From: an uncultured bacterium
Lineage (GTDB): Bacteria; Fidelibacterota; Marinisomatia; Marinisomatales; JACNKV01
Assembly: GCA_964645915.1 (NCBI GenBank)
Contig: CAZYDH010000001.1
Coordinates: 76,573-140,572 of the forward strand
Length of the DNA stretch: 64,000 bases
Direction of reading: 5' to 3'
This document shows positions 59,526 through 64,000 of this stretch, piece by piece; within the stretch, counting starts at the first letter, position 1, and each line of letters begins with the position of its first letter. The notes below the pieces were generated by a model. The model was not told the origin of the DNA and searched no databases. It saw nothing but the letters and a program-made list of their open reading frames with translations. The position numbers and the translations under genes are program-made.

Positions 59526-59975
59526 TTAATCTACAATGATCTTTTTCATTTTGTAATGACTTTCGGTCGTTTTGTACGTTTTGAACCCACATCTTTCATA
59601 TAGAATCCGTGCAGGATTATTTAGAAAAACTTCAAGATATAACTCACTAAATCCATTGTCTTTACCTTTACTTTCACAAAGGTTTAAAACATAGTGTCCG
59701 ATTCCTCTATTTTGAAAATTTGTGGACAATTGAATATTAGCAATATGGGCATTTTCATTAAGACGAAAAACAAAAAAACCAGCTTTATCTCCGTCTATCA
59801 TTATGATGTTCGTTGATTGAGTATCCAGACCGCGTTTATAAATATCTGAATTCCAGCCACCCCAATACTTATTGATATAATCGATCATATTATTCCGATG
59901 CAAATTATGCGTGAACAGATAGTCTTGATCTGAGTAGGGAACGATATTTATTTCCATGCACACTGAGTTTTTCAA
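59526..59975 (-). CDS. GNAT family N-acetyltransferase
   Basis: 149 aa. The acetyl-CoA motif A-like stretch is QLSTNFQNRGIGHYVLNLCE, followed by RILYERCGFK. Confidence 0.8.
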   Translation of the reverse strand: MKNSVCMEINIVPYSDQDYLFTHNLHRNNMIDYINKYWGGWNSDIYKRGLDTQSTNIIMIDGDKAGFFVFRLNENAHIANIQLSTNFQNRGIGHYVLNLCESKGKDNGFSELYLEVFLNNPARILYERCGFKTYKTTESHYKMKKIIVD

Positions 59976-59978
59976 AGA

Positions 59979-61268
59979 TTAAGAATCAACATAAATCATA
60001 GATTCATATGAATGATCTTTTGGGTCTTTTACCATAAACACCAATAAAAACAATCCGACAAACATCATAACAGCGATAATGGTGAAAATCCAGATGGTAG
60101 AATACATTTCTGCCATAATTCCGGCAACAACAATTGCAATAAGCGTAAAAGGAGCTAAGGTTGAATCAATCAGTGCCATGATCAATTTATTATCTCCTTT
60201 TTCGCCGGCAAAATCATAGACCATATTCATAGCAGATGGCATAAAAGCTCCTTGGGCGATTCCAATGAAAAGGAAAATTCCATACACCCATACCATCGAT
60301 TGAGCAGTGATTGCGGTTAAAACGGCTAACAAGTGTGCGATAAAAGCTAACGTTAAGGATGTTTTATGTCCGAACTGATCACCAATTTTGCCCGAAGCAT
60401 AACTTGCAAAACCATATGCGATGGCTGTAAGTGCTGTAAAAATGCCCGCTTCGCTAATATCAAAATTGAATTTGTCCTGACTGTAGACAGCATAGAGACT
60501 CATTGCTGGATAATTAAATGTAAAAAAGATACGAGCCAGCAGATATTTTCTGAAATTAGTATGGGTTTGAATAATGGTTTTGATTTCTTGGAAAAAATGA
60601 GATGCAGTTCTATGGGATTGGATTTCTGAAGAAGAATCCAGTCGAAATCCGACAAACAATACTGCACCGATCGTCATTGAAGCGGTGAAGATCAAAAATC
60701 CCCAACCAAAATTATTTGGAAAAGGGATTGAACTACTCAACAACAACTTTACCAGAATCCCACCGACAAACCCGCCGATGCTATTGAAGGCAAATGAAAT
60801 CCCAAAAAACGAGCCTCGTGTTTTGTCATCTGTTGCATGACGAAGAAACCCGGTCCAAATCGGAATGATAATACCGACGGAAAGTCCATAAAGAATAAAA
60901 CAGATATAATAAAAGATCCATGCATTATCCCCAAGTGGTGTAAGGAAGGCAAAAACAAATCCGGCAATAAACATAGGGGGGATGGCAAATCCATGAACAC
61001 CGATAGCAGCCCATCGAATATTTTTTATGTTTCGACCAAGGAATGCAGAAAAAAATTGCGGTATGGACATTAGAATGTAGAATAGCCCTGCTAGCGAAGC
61101 GACAATAGCATCCGGAGCACCTAATTTGTTCATAAATAGGGGGATCACCGCATATACTGTGTGAAATGCAAAACCAAATCCCCATGAAAATTCATGCAGA
61201 CTATTTAAATATAAATTATGCCGAAGATCTTTAGAAGTAAGTTTAGGCATTCTCTTGCTTCGTTTCAC
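59979..61268 (-). CDS. MFS transporter
   Basis: 429 aa with about 12 TM helices. The loop motif GKIGDQFGHK follows TM8. Confidence 0.75.
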   Translation of the reverse strand: MKRSKRMPKLTSKDLRHNLYLNSLHEFSWGFGFAFHTVYAVIPLFMNKLGAPDAIVASLAGLFYILMSIPQFFSAFLGRNIKNIRWAAIGVHGFAIPPMFIAGFVFAFLTPLGDNAWIFYYICFILYGLSVGIIIPIWTGFLRHATDDKTRGSFFGISFAFNSIGGFVGGILVKLLLSSSIPFPNNFGWGFLIFTASMTIGAVLFVGFRLDSSSEIQSHRTASHFFQEIKTIIQTHTNFRKYLLARIFFTFNYPAMSLYAVYSQDKFNFDISEAGIFTALTAIAYGFASYASGKIGDQFGHKTSLTLAFIAHLLAVLTAITAQSMVWVYGIFLFIGIAQGAFMPSAMNMVYDFAGEKGDNKLIMALIDSTLAPFTLIAIVVAGIMAEMYSTIWIFTIIAVMMFVGLFLLVFMVKDPKDHSYESMIYVDS

Positions 61269-62145
61269 GCGTGAGAAGAATGATTGCAGTTAGCAAGACG
61301 CAACCACCGATTATCTGCGATGTTGAAAAAACTCTTCCACGGATCAGCCAGTCAATTGCCACGGCAGATAGTGGCCAGAACAATTCATAAATAGTTGCAT
61401 GAGATGCAGGAAGGTGAGTTAATCCGTAATAATAGATAAACAGTGCGATCGATCCTGAGGTTAATACAATAAGGATAATAGCCATCCATTGATTTCCGGT
61501 AAGATTGAATGTGATCGAATCAAATTGGGTGGATAGCAAAATCGCTAAAGCAACCACAGATGTAGTGGTCAGACGTAATGCCGTAACGACAGGGAAAGAG
61601 ATCTTATTTAAAGCATGTTTCCCCAACACGGTTGAGCTTCCCCATGCAAATGCTGCCAAGAGAGCCAACAGAGAAGCAATGAGCGTTTTATCATCCGTTT
61701 CGGTAATTGGACTTATCCCGAAAGTGACTAAATATCCCCCGACAAAAGCAGCGCCAGCCAAAAGAAGAAATCGTTTTGTAAGTTTTTCTTTTAAAACGAC
61801 CGATGCCAACGTGATTGCAAAAATCGGTTGAAATTTTTGAAGCAAAACAACAACCGAAAGATCAATATAGTGTATATAGCTAAGAGCTTTTGTATAGAAA
61901 AAAGTACCCAATATTCCACCGCAGATAGATATCCATAATATAGACGACCAACTTCGTTGGCTCATAGTTGCAATTTCTTTCCATCCTTTTATCAAAAAAC
62001 CAATAAACAATAATGCACCGAAAGTGTGCTCTAGAGTAACAATCAGAAAAGATGGTAGTGAATAAAGTTCTTGTCTAAGAAAGCCGTCTAAACTCCAAAG
62101 AGTTGCAGCAAAGATGATCGCAAGTGCAGGTAGGTACTTTTTCAT
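61243..62145 (-). CDS. DMT superfamily (EamA-like) transporter
   Basis: 300 aa with 10 TM helices forming two EamA-like repeats. A 26-nt overlap links it to the MFS gene. Confidence 0.75.
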   Translation of the reverse strand: MKKYLPALAIIFAATLWSLDGFLRQELYSLPSFLIVTLEHTFGALLFIGFLIKGWKEIATMSQRSWSSILWISICGGILGTFFYTKALSYIHYIDLSVVVLLQKFQPIFAITLASVVLKEKLTKRFLLLAGAAFVGGYLVTFGISPITETDDKTLIASLLALLAAFAWGSSTVLGKHALNKISFPVVTALRLTTTSVVALAILLSTQFDSITFNLTGNQWMAIILIVLTSGSIALFIYYYGLTHLPASHATIYELFWPLSAVAIDWLIRGRVFSTSQIIGGCVLLTAIILLTRETKQENA

Positions 62146-62209
62146 ACCTGAAATTACGGAGAATATAAAAACTGTAAATCACAAATTATTCACGAAAACA
62201 ATATGTATT

Positions 62210-64000
62210 TTACCAGAGAATTTGTGCTCCGATCTTTAAAGAACGTGGTTCAACAATTGACTCTGTTATCACTGCAGTTAGTTTAAAACGATCTTTATGT
62301 TTGATTGAAATACCGGCATTGAAGTTAAACTTGTTTGAAAAATGGTGGTCTCCGGGGAATTCGTGTCCTTCAACATAGGCAGAATCTTCCTCAGTAATTG
62401 TGATGCCATCCACAATAGTGGTTGATGATTCGTGATTTACAATTAGATCGTATCCTTCCTCAACATCGATCTGTTTCATTAATTTTGTAAACCCGACCTG
62501 AATTTCAATATTATTACCAACATCAACAAAGACACCTATTGGGACAGCAAGAATTGTTTGAGTTCTTTCATACCACCATGCAAATTGTTTGTCGTCTAGT
62601 TGTGTAGTTGTTTTATCGTAAAAGCTTGTCCAGCTATAACCATTATAGAGTCGTTGAGAAAATTTTTCTCCTTCAAAAGGTTCGGTAGCTTCTTGTTTCT
62701 GATTCAAATAATCGAAACTTAATCCCCCTACAAATCGCAAAGAAGGACTGATACTCCAATCAACCCCGGCAGTTATTTGTTGATGTTTCCGAAGAAAATC
62801 TCCTCGCCCAATGCGATCCATAGTTGCCCAAGAATCCGACTCAGAAATATAACGATAACTTGTGTCATTGGCTGTATACAAAAAAGTACGATGGTAATAA
62901 CTATGCCCGAAAAAATCTTCAGATTCATCTAAATCAGCTTTCGAATCTTCGGTGTGAACTGAGAATCGTAGTAGAAAACCATCACGGATGGTAATATCTG
63001 CATGAACGGATGCCCAAACCGAGTTTCCATCATAATCCCATTTTTTGATATTATCAGATCTTCTGAAACTTCTATAAATGCTTGAATCGGGTTGGTTAAC
63101 ATTATATAAAGAAAAATAATTTGAAGTATCGGTTACTACATAGGTCCGGGATAAAGAACCAGGAGTAAAACCCGCTGAGACACCAAAGCGTACGGTTTCT
63201 TTGGGTGACCAGATTAATCCCGCCCTAACTTCAGCCTGATCGAAATTTTGCTTTCGATTTTTGTAGCTATTTGAATATCTCAAATACTCATCAGCATAGT
63301 TGTTATCATCTTTACGATCCATATCGCGATATGTACCATCGCTATTTTCAAGATGTAACGTTGTTCCAACTCCAAGACTTAACCAATTGAAAAGCGGAAT
63401 TGCCAGAAAACTGTTCAAACGATATCCGGTATTAGTTTCGGTGTTTGTTCCGGTTTCTACTAAACGATAATCGGTATATGGATCGATTAGTTCATCACTG
63501 TACTCAGCACCATCAGCCGCTTCAGTATACCATTCACTTCGATACCAGTACGGACGATAAAAATCCTCTTCATTATAGAAATACTCTGCAGTAATTCCAA
63601 ATCGAAGCGGTAGGGTCGGTATTTTTCCCAAATATACAGCTCGAAAGAGGGGTTCTTTCCCTTGAACAGTTTCTGTTGTTGTATAAGGCGACCAATAATA
63701 TGGATAGGGACTGTAAATATCAATCCCATCATAACCGATCCCAGGGACATTATTAAATCTTGGTTCAAACTCTTCACTGGCCAAATCGAGATAGATATAA
63801 TTATCCGGGACATAACTTAAATAGGCTGGATTTAAAAATACATTATCTAACGGGTGATTATAAATGTTGAGAAAATGATTACCTAATCCCATTAATCCAA
63901 CAGAACGAATCTTTGTAGGTGCTAAGTAATCTTGTCGGATTTGAAAATCGGTTGCAAGAATTGTATAATCCGGATACCAGCCATAAAGCAAAGAACAAGA
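62210..64000 (-). CDS. outer-membrane beta-barrel protein of unknown function (5' end outside window)
   Basis: The frame stays open past the track's TTG (63991) to the window edge. It is Tyr/Trp/Asp-rich with alternating strands, and the C-terminus is SLKIGAQILW with a terminal aromatic, as in OM barrels. Confidence 0.55.
   Translation of the reverse strand, partial: SCSLLYGWYPDYTILATDFQIRQDYLAPTKIRSVGLMGLGNHFLNIYNHPLDNVFLNPAYLSYVPDNYIYLDLASEEFEPRFNNVPGIGYDGIDIYSPYPYYWSPYTTTETVQGKEPLFRAVYLGKIPTLPLRFGITAEYFYNEEDFYRPYWYRSEWYTEAADGAEYSDELIDPYTDYRLVETGTNTETNTGYRLNSFLAIPLFNWLSLGVGTTLHLENSDGTYRDMDRKDDNNYADEYLRYSNSYKNRKQNFDQAEVRAGLIWSPKETVRFGVSAGFTPGSLSRTYVVTDTSNYFSLYNVNQPDSSIYRSFRRSDNIKKWDYDGNSVWASVHADITIRDGFLLRFSVHTEDSKADLDESEDFFGHSYYHRTFLYTANDTSYRYISESDSWATMDRIGRGDFLRKHQQITAGVDWSISPSLRFVGGLSFDYLNQKQEATEPFEGEKFSQRLYNGYSWTSFYDKTTTQLDDKQFAWWYERTQTILAVPIGVFVDVGNNIEIQVGFTKLMKQIDVEEGYDLIVNHESSTTIVDGITITEEDSAYVEGHEFPGDHHFSNKFNFNAGISIKHKDRFKLTAVITESIVEPRSLKIGAQILW

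Overview
AT-rich, very gene-dense bacterial chromosomal segment with about 55 protein genes. Start/stop overlaps are frequent and there are four clear bidirectional intrinsic terminators. I recognised no rRNA, tRNA, CRISPR array, integrase, transposase or prophage genes. Several secreted proteins end in a YPNPFNP-type C-terminal sorting domain of the type IX secretion system (T9SS), PorV/PorQ-like barrels are present, and ProRS is the archaeal type. Together these suggest an FCB-superphylum organism (Marinimicrobia, Ignavibacteria or Fibrobacteres-like); this is inference only. Layout by coordinate: 1-6.2 kb holds an FtsX permease pair, a LolA-like protein, an outer-membrane (OM) protein and CopA. 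6.3-22 kb is the accessory-looking part: a large T9SS cargo gene divergent from a five-gene operon (a TonB-dependent-receptor-like barrel with calcium-loop inserts, a sorting-domain cargo, a PorV-like barrel, a 1273-aa Asp-box cargo and a TPR lipoprotein). 22-37 kb is a 17-gene minus-strand housekeeping run (M23 peptidase, a degenerate AroQ-like protein, mgtE, CPBP protease, TrmH, amidohydrolase, MotA plus two MotB paralogues, rhomboid, recO, proS, ftsB, eno). 37-43.3 kb is a glycan-synthesis cluster. 43.4-46.5 kb holds two paralogous small membrane proteins and two OM proteins. 46.5-51.5 kb holds amidase, murI, folC and rho. 51.5-52.7 kb holds a 56-bp tandem duplication and an orphan Cas6-like protein with a lysine-rich tail. 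52.7-64 kb holds pckA, an aminotransferase, a FabI-like reductase, an acyl-CoA dehydrogenase flanked by two DUF2231 membrane proteins, transporters and an OM barrel. The best candidates for something undescribed are the receptor/T9SS-cargo/PorV operon, the orphan Cas6-like gene with its adjacent duplication, the MotA plus two MotB module in which one MotB lacks the essential Asp, the small-protein pair and the DUF2231-ACAD-DUF2231 operon. All family names come from motif recognition by eye; no searches were run.
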